NCBI GenBank assembly: GCA_963702435.1
Contig: CAVPCR010000001.1
Coordinates: 800,001 to 864,000, forward strand
Source of the DNA: Candidatus Eiseniibacteriota bacterium
Lineage (GTDB): Bacteria; Eisenbacteria; RBG-16-71-46; CAVPCR01
Direction of reading: 5' to 3'
Length of the DNA stretch: 64,000 bases
This document shows positions 31,593-43,000 of the stretch, piece after piece; positions within the stretch are counted from its first letter, which is position 1; each line of letters opens with the position of its first letter. The translations under genes were made by a program, and so were the position numbers. The notes beneath the pieces were generated by a model. The model was not told the origin of the DNA. It ran no database searches and saw only the letters and a program-made list of their open reading frames with translations.

Positions 31593-32513
31593 ATGAGTGG
31601 GACCCGCACTCCCCCCATCGATCTGATCGGTGTCCCGCTCGACCTCGGCGCGGGTCGCCGCGGCGTCGACATGGGTCCCTCGGCCTTCCGCCTCACCGGC
31701 CTCGCCGACCGCCTGACGGCGCTCGGCCACATCGTGACCGATCGCGGCGATCTCCGGGTCCCCATTCCCGAGGGCCTCGACCCCGGTGATCCACGCCAGC
31801 GCTTCATCGCCGAGATCGCGGACGCCTGCCGCACCCTGGCCGAGATGACCGCCGCGAGCGTGGCCGCCGGCCGTTTCCCGATCACCCTCGGCGGCGATCA
31901 TTCGCTCGCCGCCGGCTCGATCCCCGGTGTTGCGCGCGCGCTCCGCGCCCGTGGCGAGGAGCTGGCCGTCGTCTGGGTGGACGCGCACGCCGACATGAAC
32001 ACGCCGGAGACGAGCCCCTCCGGGAACGTGCACGGCATGCCGCTCGCCGCGGTCCTCGGCATCGGGCCGGCCGCGCTCGCCGCGATCGGCGGCGGCGCGA
32101 GCATCCGACCCGAGCACGTCGCCATGATCGGGCTCCGCAATCTTGACGAGCACGAGAAGGCCTTCGTCCGCCAGAGCGGAGTGCGCGCCTATACGATGAC
32201 CGAGATCGATCGCCGCGGGATGGGCTCGATCCTCGACGAGGTGCTCGCGGCGCTCACCCGCTCGACGGGCGGCATCCACCTGAGCCTCGACCTGGATAGC
32301 CTCGATCCGGAGGTCGTGCCGGGGGTCGGCACTCCGGTGCGCGGCGGCCTCTCCTATCGCGAAGCGCATCTCCTCTGCGAGATGGCGGCGGAGACGGGCC
32401 GCCTGGTCGCGCTCGACGTGGCGGAGCTGAACCCGATCCTCGACCTCCGGAACCACTCGGCCGAGGTCGGCACCGAGCTCATCCTCTCGGCCCTCGGCCA
32501 GCGCATCGTGTGA
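31593..32513 (+). CDS. rocF: Arginase
   Basis: GVDMGP, GGDHS, DAHADMN, SGNVHGMP, SLDLDSLDP and ELNP. Confidence 0.96.
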   Translation: MSGTRTPPIDLIGVPLDLGAGRRGVDMGPSAFRLTGLADRLTALGHIVTDRGDLRVPIPEGLDPGDPRQRFIAEIADACRTLAEMTAASVAAGRFPITLGGDHSLAAGSIPGVARALRARGEELAVVWVDAHADMNTPETSPSGNVHGMPLAAVLGIGPAALAAIGGGASIRPEHVAMIGLRNLDEHEKAFVRQSGVRAYTMTEIDRRGMGSILDEVLAALTRSTGGIHLSLDLDSLDPEVVPGVGTPVRGGLSYREAHLLCEMAAETGRLVALDVAELNPILDLRNHSAEVGTELILSALGQRIV

Positions 32514-32585
32514 GCCGCCCGCCGGGCTCGCCGCGCGGACGGCCCCGCGCCGGGCGGCAAGTCGTGCTTGCATCTCGGGGGGCCG

Positions 32586-32825
32586 ATGCAGTATCAACCC
32601 CCGGTGACACCAGGTGGGTGGTCACGCTGGATTCGGACTGTGCCGGTCGGGGGTCGGACGATTGACTACGAGGAGTCTCTCGACCTGCTCCTGAACTTCG
32701 AGAAACTGCAAACCGCGGTGGAAAGCGGCACCTTCACGGTCTATGCGATCGCCGGTGGTGACTACAACGTGAACATCAACAATGTGATCGTGACCATCAC
32801 CATCACGTTCAGCGAGGAGATCTGA
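32586..32825 (+). CDS. Short hypothetical ORF, possibly the 3' remnant of an exported beta-rich protein
   Basis: The last ~55 codons show coding-like bias; no SD or signal peptide. Confidence 0.45.
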   Translation: MQYQPPVTPGGWSRWIRTVPVGGRTIDYEESLDLLLNFEKLQTAVESGTFTVYAIAGGDYNVNINNVIVTITITFSEEI

Positions 32826-32922
32826 GCATCGCCCTGGAGAGGCCGGCGGGCATCGCGCCACCGCGGGTGCCTGCCGGCTCCCCGCACCGCGCGGACCGCC
32901 GGCCCGCGTGAGGACCCGGCCC

Positions 32923-33483
32923 ATGATCGGAGCCAGCCGTGAGAGCCGTCTCGCGGTGACCGCCGGCCGGCGCGGGCGGCAGCGCGCCGCCGCCCGGGCC
33001 GTGATGGCGGCCGCTGCGCTCGCGGTTCTCGCCGCCCCGGCGCCGCTCCCGGCGGCGACCCCGATTGAGGCCGGGGCCGTCCTCGGCCTCGACCAGCCCT
33101 TCGGCGACGATGCCGTGTCCGGCCTTCTCCTCGGCCTCCGCGCCCGGATCGGAGGGGGGAGCTACTCCCTCGAGCCGGGGCTCACCTGGTTCGGGGGCGG
33201 CGACTTCACCGACGTGACGAGCCTCTCCTTCAACGCCATCTCGCGCGGCGGCATCATCCCCTGGCTCTACTGGACCGGAGGCCTCGGCTGGAGCTGGGTG
33301 GATCTCGAGGGCGCGGCGGATGCGGACGGGGCGATCACCTACAACCTCGGGGCCGGCGTCGAGATCCCGATCGGCGCTCTCGCAATCGATCTGAGCCCGC
33401 GCTTCTTCCTGATCAACACGGCCGGGGACGGACACCGCGAGCACCTGCTCCTCATGCTCGGCGTGCACTACCGCCTGCGCTGA
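32923..33483 (+). CDS. Small outer-membrane beta-barrel protein (OmpA/OmpW-like)
   Basis: Signal peptide; alternating strands (YWTGGLGWSW, YNLGAGVEI); C-terminal LGVHYRL. Start could be 33004. Confidence 0.8.
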   Translation: MIGASRESRLAVTAGRRGRQRAAARAVMAAAALAVLAAPAPLPAATPIEAGAVLGLDQPFGDDAVSGLLLGLRARIGGGSYSLEPGLTWFGGGDFTDVTSLSFNAISRGGIIPWLYWTGGLGWSWVDLEGAADADGAITYNLGAGVEIPIGALAIDLSPRFFLINTAGDGHREHLLLMLGVHYRLR

Positions 33484-33506
33484 TCGTCCGCCGCACGCGG
33501 CACGGA

Positions 33507-34841
33507 TCAGGATTTCGGCGGCGCCACCAGCGCGAGGAGATCAATCCGGCCCTCGCCAAGCTCTCCGCCGTAGACGTTGAGCGGGTGCGATGTGTCCTCG
33601 ATCCGTTGCTGGAGCGTGCCGGGCGGCAGCCCTCCCTGACTGAGGCGGAGCGCCGCCGCCCCCGCCGTGAACGGCGCGGCCATCGAGGTGCCGCTCCACA
33701 GGGCGTAGCCGCCGTTCCAGTACGTCGACATGATGCCGACGCCGGGCGCCGACACCGACACGTTCGAACCGTAGTTCGAGAAGACGGCCTTCAAGTCGTA
33801 GCGATCGGTCGCGGCGATCGTCATCGCCTCGCTCAGGTTGGCTGGGAACTGGCGGTTGATGCGCACTCCGGCATTGCCGGCCGAGACGACGACGAGGACT
33901 CCCGCCTGGCGCGCCTCCTGGATCGCGCGCCGCATGACCCTCGCCGTCTCGTGGAGGCCCAGGCTCAGATTGATCACGTCGGCGCCGGCATCGATCGCCG
34001 CGTAGATACCACGCGCAACGGTGAAGATATCGCCGTTTCCCTCCGAATCGAGGACGCGGATCGGCATGATCGACACGGCGGGTGCGACAGCAGCGATGAT
34101 GCCGGCCACGTGGGAGCCATGACCGGCCGCCTCGTCGATCACGCCGTCGGCGTCGTTGTCGATGCCGTCGGGCAGATCGGAGGGATCCAGGTCGCCGTCG
34201 ACCAGGTCGCGCCCGGGAACGAGGTTGTCCAGCAGATCGACGTGGTCGAGATCGGCGCCGGTGTCGACGACCGCCACGAGGACTCCTGCACCGCTCGCGA
34301 TCGCCTGGGCGGCGGGCGCCTGGATGCGAGCGAGGGCCTCCTGGTCCACGTAGTCATCGTGACCGAAGACTCCTTCGTAGATGGCGAGACTGGCCTGTTC
34401 GGACTCGGGAGTGCCGAGACGGAAGTTCGGCTCGGCATCGGCGCACAGCCCGGAGCACGCCATGCCGGCGATCAGCGCCGAGGTGGAGAGGCCCTCCGGT
34501 CCGGCGACGACATACTCGCGACGTTCAGGCACCGCGGCCACGGTCGTCGTCCAGTAGGCCGCATTCACGTCCTCGATCGCCACCCCGGGAGCGAGTCGGA
34601 TGACCGCCTGCCCCACGATGAGGAGCTCGGGGTCGTCGGGGTACTCAGGATCCGGGGGAGCTTCGGGATCGAGCGGATCCTCGATCTCATGGATCGCATG
34701 CGGAGCGCCGGCCGCGGGACCGGGGTCGCGCCCGGAACGGCGATCCGGTCCGAGGGGCTCCTGGCCGCACCCCGCGGCGAGGAGCTGCACGCCGGCGAGC
34801 CCCAGCAATCCGAGAGCAACGCGGATCCGTAGCGGGGACAT
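33507..34841 (-). CDS. S8 subtilisin-family serine peptidase, lipoprotein
   Basis: Lipobox LAAGC; catalytic triad VVDTG, GHGSHVAG, GTSMAAP; GGAGG SD. Confidence 0.93.
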   Translation of the reverse strand: MSPLRIRVALGLLGLAGVQLLAAGCGQEPLGPDRRSGRDPGPAAGAPHAIHEIEDPLDPEAPPDPEYPDDPELLIVGQAVIRLAPGVAIEDVNAAYWTTTVAAVPERREYVVAGPEGLSTSALIAGMACSGLCADAEPNFRLGTPESEQASLAIYEGVFGHDDYVDQEALARIQAPAAQAIASGAGVLVAVVDTGADLDHVDLLDNLVPGRDLVDGDLDPSDLPDGIDNDADGVIDEAAGHGSHVAGIIAAVAPAVSIMPIRVLDSEGNGDIFTVARGIYAAIDAGADVINLSLGLHETARVMRRAIQEARQAGVLVVVSAGNAGVRINRQFPANLSEAMTIAATDRYDLKAVFSNYGSNVSVSAPGVGIMSTYWNGGYALWSGTSMAAPFTAGAAALRLSQGGLPPGTLQQRIEDTSHPLNVYGGELGEGRIDLLALVAPPKS

Positions 34842-35142
34842 GGAGTTAACCTCCGGATCGGGCTGCGTTCGCGGGGCTACCGATCCACGACAATGGCCGG
34901 CAAGGCGGGGGACCGGCCCGGCAGTCGGAGAAACCGGTGCCGGGCTGCCCTACCGACATCCGGGAGCCGATTCCTGATACAAGGTACAAAGCGAAAGTGG
35001 GAGGCCAGCCTGGCGCAAACCCCGGCCGCCTCCCATCCGTCTCCGTATCATGTTAACAGGACGCGCCTCGCTCCGGGACCCCATTCTCCGCGCATGGCCC
35101 GGGGCCCGGGAGCGACGCGAACCCGAGGACATCCACCGGACC

Positions 35143-37878
35143 ATGGGGCGGCGGTCATCCATCGTTCTCATCGGCGCGGCCGCGGCCGTGCTGGCGGCGG
35201 CACCGCCCGCCGTGGCCGGCCCGCTCGCCGTGGCCGGCCCGCCCGCCGTGGCCGGTGCCGCGCCGCCCCCCGGCGTCAGCGCGGCACCGCCGGCCGGCCC
35301 GGGCGACGCTTCATCACCCGCTGCGCCCTATACCCACGCGATCACACGCCTCGACGGCGCCCCGCCCCCGCGCATCGACGGCCGGCTCGACGAGGAAGCG
35401 TGGCTCGCCGCGGTACCCATCGATCGCTTCATCCAGCGCGATCCCGACGAGGGCGCCCCGGCGAGCGAGCGCACCGAGGCCCGCCTCCTCTACGACGGCA
35501 CGGCCATCTATGTCGGGATCCACGCCTTCGACCGCGAACCCGCGCGCATCGTCGGCCTCCTCACGCGGCGCGACGGGGACAGCGAATCGGACCGGCTCCG
35601 TGTCTCGTTCGACTCGTTCGGGGACCACCGGAGCGCGTTCGACTTCGTGATCAACGCCGCCGGCGTCAAGCGCGACATCTATCGCCACAGCGACACGGCC
35701 GAGGACGAGTCGTGGGACGCCGTGTGGGAGGCCGCCGCACGCGTCACCGGCGACGGCTGGTGCGCCGAGCTCCGGGTCCCCTTCAGCCAGCTCCGCTTCG
35801 CAGCCGCGGCGGAGCGGCCCTGGGGCCTCCAGATCGTGCGCGTCATCGCCCGCAAGAACGAGGTCGATCTGTGGAAGCCGATCCCCAGGGACTCGGACCG
35901 CTGGGTGAGCGAGTATGGATCCCTCGAGGGCATCACCGGCGTCGAGCCGCCGCACCGGATCGAGCTCCTCCCGTACACGGTGGCCGGGTCCGATATCCAC
36001 CCCGCCGCGGAGGGCGATCCCTTCACCGACGGCCGCGATCTCTGGGGCCGGGTCGGTCTCGATCTCAAGTACGGGATCGCGAGCAACGTGACGCTCGACG
36101 GGACGGTGAACCCCGACTTCGGACAGGTCGAGGCCGATCCATCGGTCCTGAACATCTCCGAGTTCGAGACCTTCTTCCCGGAGAAGCGCCCGTTCTTTCT
36201 CGAGGGCACCGACAAGTTCCTCTACGGGCTCACGACCGGGGACGGCCAGAGCGAGCCCTTGTTCTACACGCGTCGCATCGGGCGCGCGCCGCAGGGTGGA
36301 GCGGACGGCGAGTACGTGGACTATCCCGGGGCGACCACCATCCTCGGCGCGGCCAAGATCTCCGGGAAGACGGGCGGTGGGGTGACGCTCGGCGCGATCG
36401 AGGCCATCACCCAGGAGGAGGTGGCGCGGATCGAGAATGCCGACGGCAGCCGCGACGAGGTGGTCGTCGAGCCGCTCACCAACTATGCGGTGGCCCGATT
36501 CGCCCGCGACTTCCGCGCCGGGGAGACGGCGCTCGGCGGCATCGCCACGGCCACCAACCGCCGTCTCGGCGGGACCGATCTCGACTGGCTCCCGGCCGCC
36601 GCCTACGCCGGCGGCGCCGACATCCGCCATCGCATCGACGACCGCGGCTGGGCGGTGAACGGGAAGGCGGCCGCGTCCTACGTCTCCGGATCGTCCACTG
36701 CGATCCTCGTCTTGCAGCAGAGCTCGCGCCGCTACTTCCAGCGCCCGGATGCTTCGCACGTGGAGCTCGACCCGGCCCGCACGAGCCTCGCCGGCGGTTT
36801 CGGCCTCATCGAGTGCGGGAGATTCGCGGGCACCTGGCGCGGGGCGCTCACGGGCCAGGTGCGCTCACCCGGCTTCGAGATCAACGACCTCGGCTACCAG
36901 CGCCGCGCCGACGAGATCTCGGGCGCGCTCTGGATCGGCCATCGCCACTTCACCCCCGGCCGCATCCTGCGCAGCTCGAGCCTCAACTGGAACGCGAACT
37001 ACCGGACCAACTTCGGCGGCGAGAAGCTCGCCCTCGGCGGGAACATGAACGGGTACATCGAGTTCACCAACTACTGGAGCGCGTGGGCGGGTGGGCAGTA
37101 CGACGGCGAATCGCTGCACGTGACCGCGCTCCGCGGCGGCCCCGCCATGATCCGGCCGCCCGGGTACAACATCTGGGCCGGACTCGAGAGCGACTCGCGG
37201 CACTCCGTCTACGCGACGCTGGATACCTGGTGGTGGCATCAACCCGCGGGCAGCGCCTGGTCGACGGGCGGCGAGCTCTCGTTCTACTTCCGGATCGCCT
37301 CGAACCTGAACATCGCCCTCGGGCAGAACTACCAGTTCCTCCACGACGACTGGGCGTACGTGGGCGAGGAGGAGGCGCTCGGTGATCCGCAGTACCTGAT
37401 GGCCCGGCTCGTGCAGCAGACCCTGGGCTTGACCGCCCGCGTGAACTGGACCTTCACGCCGCAGACGAGCCTCGAGCTCTACGCCTCGCCCTATCTCTCG
37501 GCCGGCTCCTACGCGGACCACCGGCGGGTCGTCGCGCCGCGCGCCGAGCGCTACCGCAATCGCTTCGACTACTTCGGCGAACCCGGGGAGGACCGCCTCA
37601 CCCTGGACAACGGCACCTATTACGTGGACATCGACGACGACGAGACGGACGACCTGAGCTACGCCGATCCCGACTTCAACTTCGGCCAGTTTCGCGCCAG
37701 CGCGGTCCTGCGCTGGGAGTACATGCCGGGCTCGACCGTCTTCCTCGTCTACCAGCACGATCGCACCGACGACACGGGCAACGGCGAGTTCCATCCGGTG
37801 GACGACGCGAGCGCGCTCCTCGATGCCGACGGCACCAATACGGTGCTCCTCAAGGTGAGCTACTGGTGGAGCCCGTGA
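35143..37878 (+). CDS. CBM9-like domain plus DUF5916 outer-membrane protein
   Basis: IDGRLDE..W, NPDFGQVEAD, FFPEKRPFFLEG, FYTRRIG and C-terminal LKVSYWW. Confidence 0.88.
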   Translation: MGRRSSIVLIGAAAAVLAAAPPAVAGPLAVAGPPAVAGAAPPPGVSAAPPAGPGDASSPAAPYTHAITRLDGAPPPRIDGRLDEEAWLAAVPIDRFIQRDPDEGAPASERTEARLLYDGTAIYVGIHAFDREPARIVGLLTRRDGDSESDRLRVSFDSFGDHRSAFDFVINAAGVKRDIYRHSDTAEDESWDAVWEAAARVTGDGWCAELRVPFSQLRFAAAAERPWGLQIVRVIARKNEVDLWKPIPRDSDRWVSEYGSLEGITGVEPPHRIELLPYTVAGSDIHPAAEGDPFTDGRDLWGRVGLDLKYGIASNVTLDGTVNPDFGQVEADPSVLNISEFETFFPEKRPFFLEGTDKFLYGLTTGDGQSEPLFYTRRIGRAPQGGADGEYVDYPGATTILGAAKISGKTGGGVTLGAIEAITQEEVARIENADGSRDEVVVEPLTNYAVARFARDFRAGETALGGIATATNRRLGGTDLDWLPAAAYAGGADIRHRIDDRGWAVNGKAAASYVSGSSTAILVLQQSSRRYFQRPDASHVELDPARTSLAGGFGLIECGRFAGTWRGALTGQVRSPGFEINDLGYQRRADEISGALWIGHRHFTPGRILRSSSLNWNANYRTNFGGEKLALGGNMNGYIEFTNYWSAWAGGQYDGESLHVTALRGGPAMIRPPGYNIWAGLESDSRHSVYATLDTWWWHQPAGSAWSTGGELSFYFRIASNLNIALGQNYQFLHDDWAYVGEEEALGDPQYLMARLVQQTLGLTARVNWTFTPQTSLELYASPYLSAGSYADHRRVVAPRAERYRNRFDYFGEPGEDRLTLDNGTYYVDIDDDETDDLSYADPDFNFGQFRASAVLRWEYMPGSTVFLVYQHDRTDDTGNGEFHPVDDASALLDADGTNTVLLKVSYWWSP
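35209..35262 (+). repeat. 18-bp coding tandem repeat x3 (AVAGPx linker)
   Basis: gccgtggccggcccgctc / gccgtggccggcccgccc / gccgtggccggtgccgcg. Confidence 0.8.
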
Positions 37879-37946
37879 GCAGCCGCAGCCATGCGCACCG
37901 CGTCGCGCCGGGGAGCGCCGGGCGCAGGATCCGCTAGACTCGGCCC

Positions 37947-38711
37947 ATGCGCCTCCACGCGATCGGCGACCTGCACCTCCCCTCGATCCGGCAGAAGGAC
38001 ATGGACCGCTTCGGCTGGATCGGACACCCCGTGCCGCTCGCCGCCGCCTGGGACGAAGCGGTCGCGCCCGATGACCTGGTCCTCGTGCTCGGCGACATCT
38101 CGTGGGCCATGCGGCCGGACGAGGTGCGCGGGGATCTCGCCTGGCTCGACGCCCGTCCGGGCCGGAAGGTGCTGCTCAAGGGCAATCACGACTACTGGTG
38201 GCCGGATAGCCGGCGGAAGCTCGCGGAGCTGGTCGCGCCGTTCCCTTCGATCCGCGGCCTCCTGCACCACGGGAACGCGCTCCGCGAGGGGCCGTACGTG
38301 ATCGCCGGCGTCCGCGGCTGGACCGCGCTCGAGGCGCCGCCGCTCCCCGCGGATGGAGATGACATCGCGGCGGCAGGCGCCGGGGGCGAGATGGGGCTCG
38401 AGATGCACCGCCCCGACCTGGTCGCGCGCGATGCGGAGCGGCTCCGCCGGAGCGTGGCGGAGGCCGCGCGCCTCGCCGCCGAACCCGGGACCGTGCGCAT
38501 CGCCTGCATGCACTTCCCGCCGCTCTATGCCGATCGGCGACCCACCCCCTTCTCGGCGACGATCGAGGCCTATCGCCCCGCGGCCTGCATCTACGGGCAC
38601 CTGCACGGCCCCGGCATCCCGCTCGGCTTCGTCGGCGAGCACGGCGGGGTGCGCTACGTGCTCGCCTCGGCGGACGCGGCGGGCTTCCGGCCGGTGCTCA
38701 TCGCCGGCTGA
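37947..38711 (+). CDS. Calcineurin-like metallophosphoesterase
   Basis: GDLH, GDISW, GNHD and YGHLH. Confidence 0.92.
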   Translation: MRLHAIGDLHLPSIRQKDMDRFGWIGHPVPLAAAWDEAVAPDDLVLVLGDISWAMRPDEVRGDLAWLDARPGRKVLLKGNHDYWWPDSRRKLAELVAPFPSIRGLLHHGNALREGPYVIAGVRGWTALEAPPLPADGDDIAAAGAGGEMGLEMHRPDLVARDAERLRRSVAEAARLAAEPGTVRIACMHFPPLYADRRPTPFSATIEAYRPAACIYGHLHGPGIPLGFVGEHGGVRYVLASADAAGFRPVLIAG

Positions 38712-38908
38712 GGGGCGGGGGGCCGCCCGGCGCGGCCCGGCGCCGGGGCGGTTCTCCTCCCGGCACACCCCATCCGGGCGTATAGTGGCAGCGACGTGAC
38801 GGTCGGACTTCTTTGGGTCAAGCAACGCCGGCGCCGTTCCGATAACTCGGGCGAGCCATGACGGGCCACAGTCTGTCACGGAGGAAGCTGTCTCAGAAGG
38901 AGGCCACC

Positions 38909-39946
38909 ATGAGGATGTTGCTTGCGCTCGGGGTCGTGTCCGCCGCCCTCGGAATGGCGGGGCCCGCCCCGGCATCGGATGTGAACGTCGCCGGCGATCC
39001 CTGGCCGGCGGCTGCCGGCTTCGCGCTCGCGCCGTGCACGGATGACATCTACTGCGGCGAGCAGACGTTGACTGACGGTTTCATCGCCGACGGCGAATGG
39101 AACTCCGCCACGAACCAGATGGGCTTCGTGACGACGATCAACTCGATCATCGTCATCGATCCCCTGTGCGCCGGCGTCTCGACCACCGACATCACGGGGC
39201 CCGACTTCCCCGGCCCGCTCACCCGCGCCTTCGCCTGGGGCATCGAGGCCGGCGACTCGTGGGTCGGCACCTGGTACAGCGCCACCGGCCCCGTGCTGCC
39301 CAAGCTCTACCACCTGGATGCGACCTTCAACGTGATCGGCACCTCCGCCTACCCGGATCCGCTCACCGGACTCGACATGCAGTTCTCCGGCCTGGCGATG
39401 GATCCGACCAGCGGGCACCTGTGGGGCATCCTGCGCAACAACCCCGCCGGCACCATCTCGCGCTTCGTCGAGTTCGACGTGAACGTCGACCCGCCGGTCC
39501 TCCTGCAGGGTCCGATCGACACGCCGTGGCCGGGCGGTCCGAGCGCGGTGAGCTCGGCCGGGCTCGAGTACTCGAGCGCGGACTGCACGATCCTCGCCAT
39601 GCGGCAGGACTCGAACAACCTCGGCAACAACTCGTTCCTCGTCAAGTTCCAGGACGTGGATCCGCTCGGCACCACGGGCGGCGTGAGCCTCCTCGGCGAG
39701 TGCACGGTCAACAACACGCCGTGCACCGGCGCCGGCCAGGGCTCCGGGCGCCCGTGGGGCATCGCCCTCATCGAGGGCGATCCGAGCTACATCATCTACT
39801 CGGATCTGAACCTCGACGCGGGCTGCGCGGCGCCCCAGCAACCGGTCGACTTCCACATCATCGCCGGGCCGCCGTTCACCGGCGTGTGCCTGTCCCCGGT
39901 CGAGCCGAGCACCTGGGGGCAGATCAAGTCCCGCTACTCGAACTAG
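38909..39946 (+). CDS. Secreted beta-propeller-like protein with C-terminal TWGQIKS tail
   Basis: AAGGAGG SD; signal peptide; repeated FSGLAMDP/SAGLEY/PWGIAL blades; ends SPVEPSTWGQIKSRYSN. Confidence 0.8.
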   Translation: MRMLLALGVVSAALGMAGPAPASDVNVAGDPWPAAAGFALAPCTDDIYCGEQTLTDGFIADGEWNSATNQMGFVTTINSIIVIDPLCAGVSTTDITGPDFPGPLTRAFAWGIEAGDSWVGTWYSATGPVLPKLYHLDATFNVIGTSAYPDPLTGLDMQFSGLAMDPTSGHLWGILRNNPAGTISRFVEFDVNVDPPVLLQGPIDTPWPGGPSAVSSAGLEYSSADCTILAMRQDSNNLGNNSFLVKFQDVDPLGTTGGVSLLGECTVNNTPCTGAGQGSGRPWGIALIEGDPSYIIYSDLNLDAGCAAPQQPVDFHIIAGPPFTGVCLSPVEPSTWGQIKSRYSN

Positions 39947-39962
39947 CGGTCGAGCGCACGGG

Positions 39963-40007
39963 CCGACACGGCCGACACGACCGACACGGCCGACACGACC
40001 GACGCGA
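39963..40007. repeat. 9-bp intergenic tandem repeat x5
   Basis: ccgacacgg ccgacacga ccgacacgg ccgacacga ccgacgcga. Confidence 0.85.
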
Positions 40008-40077
40008 CGCAGCCGGAGCGGGCCTCGGGTCCGCTCCGGCTTTCTCGTTGGCGTCCAGGTGGCCGGGGCGGCGGGGC

Positions 40078-43000
40078 CTACATGCTCGCCGCCGGCGACG
40101 TCGCGGACGCCGCGGGCTTCCGGCCCACGCTCGCCGCCGGTCGCTCCGCAACCATCGCGCCGCCGGCGCCGACCAGCACGAACGACGCCCAGTGGTAGGG
40201 ATGCGGGTGCGCCGCGCGCACGCGGAGCATGGCCGTGCGCAGGGCGGCCGGAGTGGGCTCGCCGCGGCGGAATGCCGCATAGAACTCGCCCATCAGATCC
40301 GCCGTCGTCGTGTCGTGCACCGGCCACAGGCTGACGACGAGCGAGGCGGCACCCGCGTGGAGGAATCCGCGCACGAGTCCCACCATCTCATCGCCGCCGC
40401 CGACCCAGGTGCGCCCGCTCTGGCAAGCGGACAGCGAGACGAGCCGGGCCTTGAGGCGCAGACCATAGAGGTCGTAGAGCGAGAGCCAGCCGTCGGCCAG
40501 GCGGAGCGCCGAGAAGTGCGGATCGTCCTCCCGGAAGACGGCGTGCGCCGCCACATGCAGATAGTCCGCAGCCCCGGCTGCGGCGCTGAAGGCGGCGAGG
40601 GTCGCCTCCCGGTTCCGGAGCACGCGCTTCTGCGCAAAGAGCCGCTCGACGCGATCCACCTCCTCGTGCACCTTGGGGATGTGCTCGTCTTCCACACCGA
40701 CGATCAGGGCGGTCGGCTCTTCACCGTTATCTGCGGTATGCCGCAGATAACGGAGAGTGCTGGCGCTGGGCAGATAGGAGATCTCGGCGCGATCGATGAG
40801 GTCGTGCCCGCCGGCGGTCGAGACGGCGGCGGAATCGCCGGCGCACGAACCAGGGTCCGGTGGCGCGGCGGCGAGCGGCAGCGCATGGAACGGGAGCGAG
40901 TGGAGCGGTCCGTGCGGCACTATGACGAGGCGAGGGGCGTCGACCGCGAGCGGCCACCAGACCATGGCCGCGATCTCGGCCAGGTGCCGCCGGATGCCGG
41001 CGCGCAGGAGTTCCTCGCGTCCGCTCGCGTAGTCGTCGCCGTAGCCCCACTTCTCGATCTGGAAGCGGAGCCGGCCGATGGCTACCGCGATGCGCTCGGG
41101 GCCGGCGGGGAGGGTCACCACGCGCGCTCCGCCGCTCTCGATCACGAAGGCGAAGGCGCGCTCCGGAGTGAAGAAGTACTCGACGAGGGCCGTGCCGGCG
41201 GGGAGGGCGGCCTCGACCTCGGCGAGCGTGATGGTCTCCCCCTGGGTGAGAGCCCCGAGCGCCGGGTCCCGCCGCGCCAGGCGCTGCATGACGTCGGCGA
41301 TCTCGGACTCCCGCGCGCGCAGGCGGGCGCGCGCTCTCTCGCGTTGCGCCGCATCGTGTTGCGCAACCTCGTGCCGCCCCGCCGCGCGCCGCCCCTTCCG
41401 GCCGGCACCGGAGCCGGTGTCAGCGCCGGCCCCGGCCAGCCATGCTGCTTCGCTCCTGAGCCGTTCGAGCCGGCGGCGGAGAACCTGACCCGCCGGATCG
41501 AGCCGCTCGTAGGCACCTCCGAGCCGGCCGGCCAGGAGATCGACGAGCGCGCGCGAACGCGCGCGTTCGACCACGGCGAAGGACTCGCTCACCGCGCGCG
41601 CCCCTCGCCGGGTGTGGAGGATCAACTCGACCAGATCGGCATAGACGGGCGCCTTGTCGGCCGCGTAGCTCACGCGGAACTCGTCGCTGCCGACGCGGCG
41701 CCGCACCGATTCGATGCCGGCGACCGCACGCCGGATGCTCGCCAGCGCCCGGCGTGGTTCGCCCCCGAGCCGGAAGAGGCGCCCGCGCACGTGATCGTGC
41801 TGGGCGCGGAGCCACGGCGATTCGACGCCCCGGAGAAAGCGCCGGGCCCGCCCGAGATGCGCCGCCGCCCGGGTGGGCTCGTGCTCCTCGACGGCGAGCG
41901 CGGCGCGGCGGATCGCCGCCGCCGCCGCCCGGAGCTTGAGCCGCTCGGCCGCGAACCGCTCCTCCGCCCGGGCCAGGCGGCGCTCGGCGGCGCGCAACCT
42001 GCCGCCGCGCCGCTCGATCTCGCCGGCGAGGAGATCGCAGTGCGCCTCGGCGGCCTGATTGCCCTCCTGTCGGAAGGCGCGGGCCGACTCTCCGATCAGC
42101 TCGGCGGCGCGGTCGGGCGCGCCCTCGCCGAGAGCCGCCACCGCCAGGAAGAGCGTCGTCTTGGCGCTCTCGTAACGTTGACCGAGCTCCTCGAACAGGG
42201 CACGCGCCAGGCGCGCCTGCTGTCGGGCGCGGACGAAGCTGTTGATCTCGATGAGCAGCTCGGCGAGGTCGAGATGACAGAGCGCGACGTAGCGCGTGTC
42301 GCCGAGCGCCTCGAAGGCGCCGCGCGCCGCGTCGAGGCTTGCATAGGCCGACCCGTACTCGCTCCGCTGCAGGGCGAGGTAGCCGCGGCTGTAGTCGACC
42401 AGGGCCACGACGCGGGTCTCACCGGCAGCCGCGGCTGCGGAGCGGGTCTCGCGGTAAGCGGCATCGGCCTCGGCGAATCGGCCGAGGCTCACCAGCACGT
42501 TGGCCCGGTTGAACTGGATCCAGCGGGCCGGCGCCTCCTCGCCGCGGCTGCGGGCGCTCGCCAGCGCGCGGTCGTAGGCGCGCAGGGCGGCGGCCGGGCG
42601 ATCGGTGCGGTGCAGGATGTTGCCGAGATTCTGATCGAGCGCATACACGGAGCGCTCGTCGCCGCAGCGGACGAGAACGCGCCGGGCCGCCTTCCCCACC
42701 GCGATCGCCTCGTCGTAGCGACCGAGGTACATGAGGGCGTCGATGCGACCGAGGGCGGTACGAGCGGCGAGGCGCGACTCACCCAGGGCCCGGTACGCCT
42801 GTGCGGCGCGCTCGTAGTGGGCAGCCGCCTCGGCATGACGGGCCAGGCTCACGAGCGCGTGCGCGCGCGACCACAAGGCGCGGGCCTCGAGGCGGGGGTC
42901 GCCCCCGGCGACCAGGGTCTCGCGCTCGGCGACGGCGAGCGCCTGCCGGGCATCGGCACGGATCAGGTGCAGGACCAGGCCCGCGAGCTCCTCGACCAGC

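Noticed and set aside
32511..32825. TGA (selenocysteine) read-through from arginase into the in-frame downstream ORF
   Set aside because: Arginase ends at its normal C-terminus (LGQRIV), the linker codons look non-coding, and no SECIS-like element is evident.
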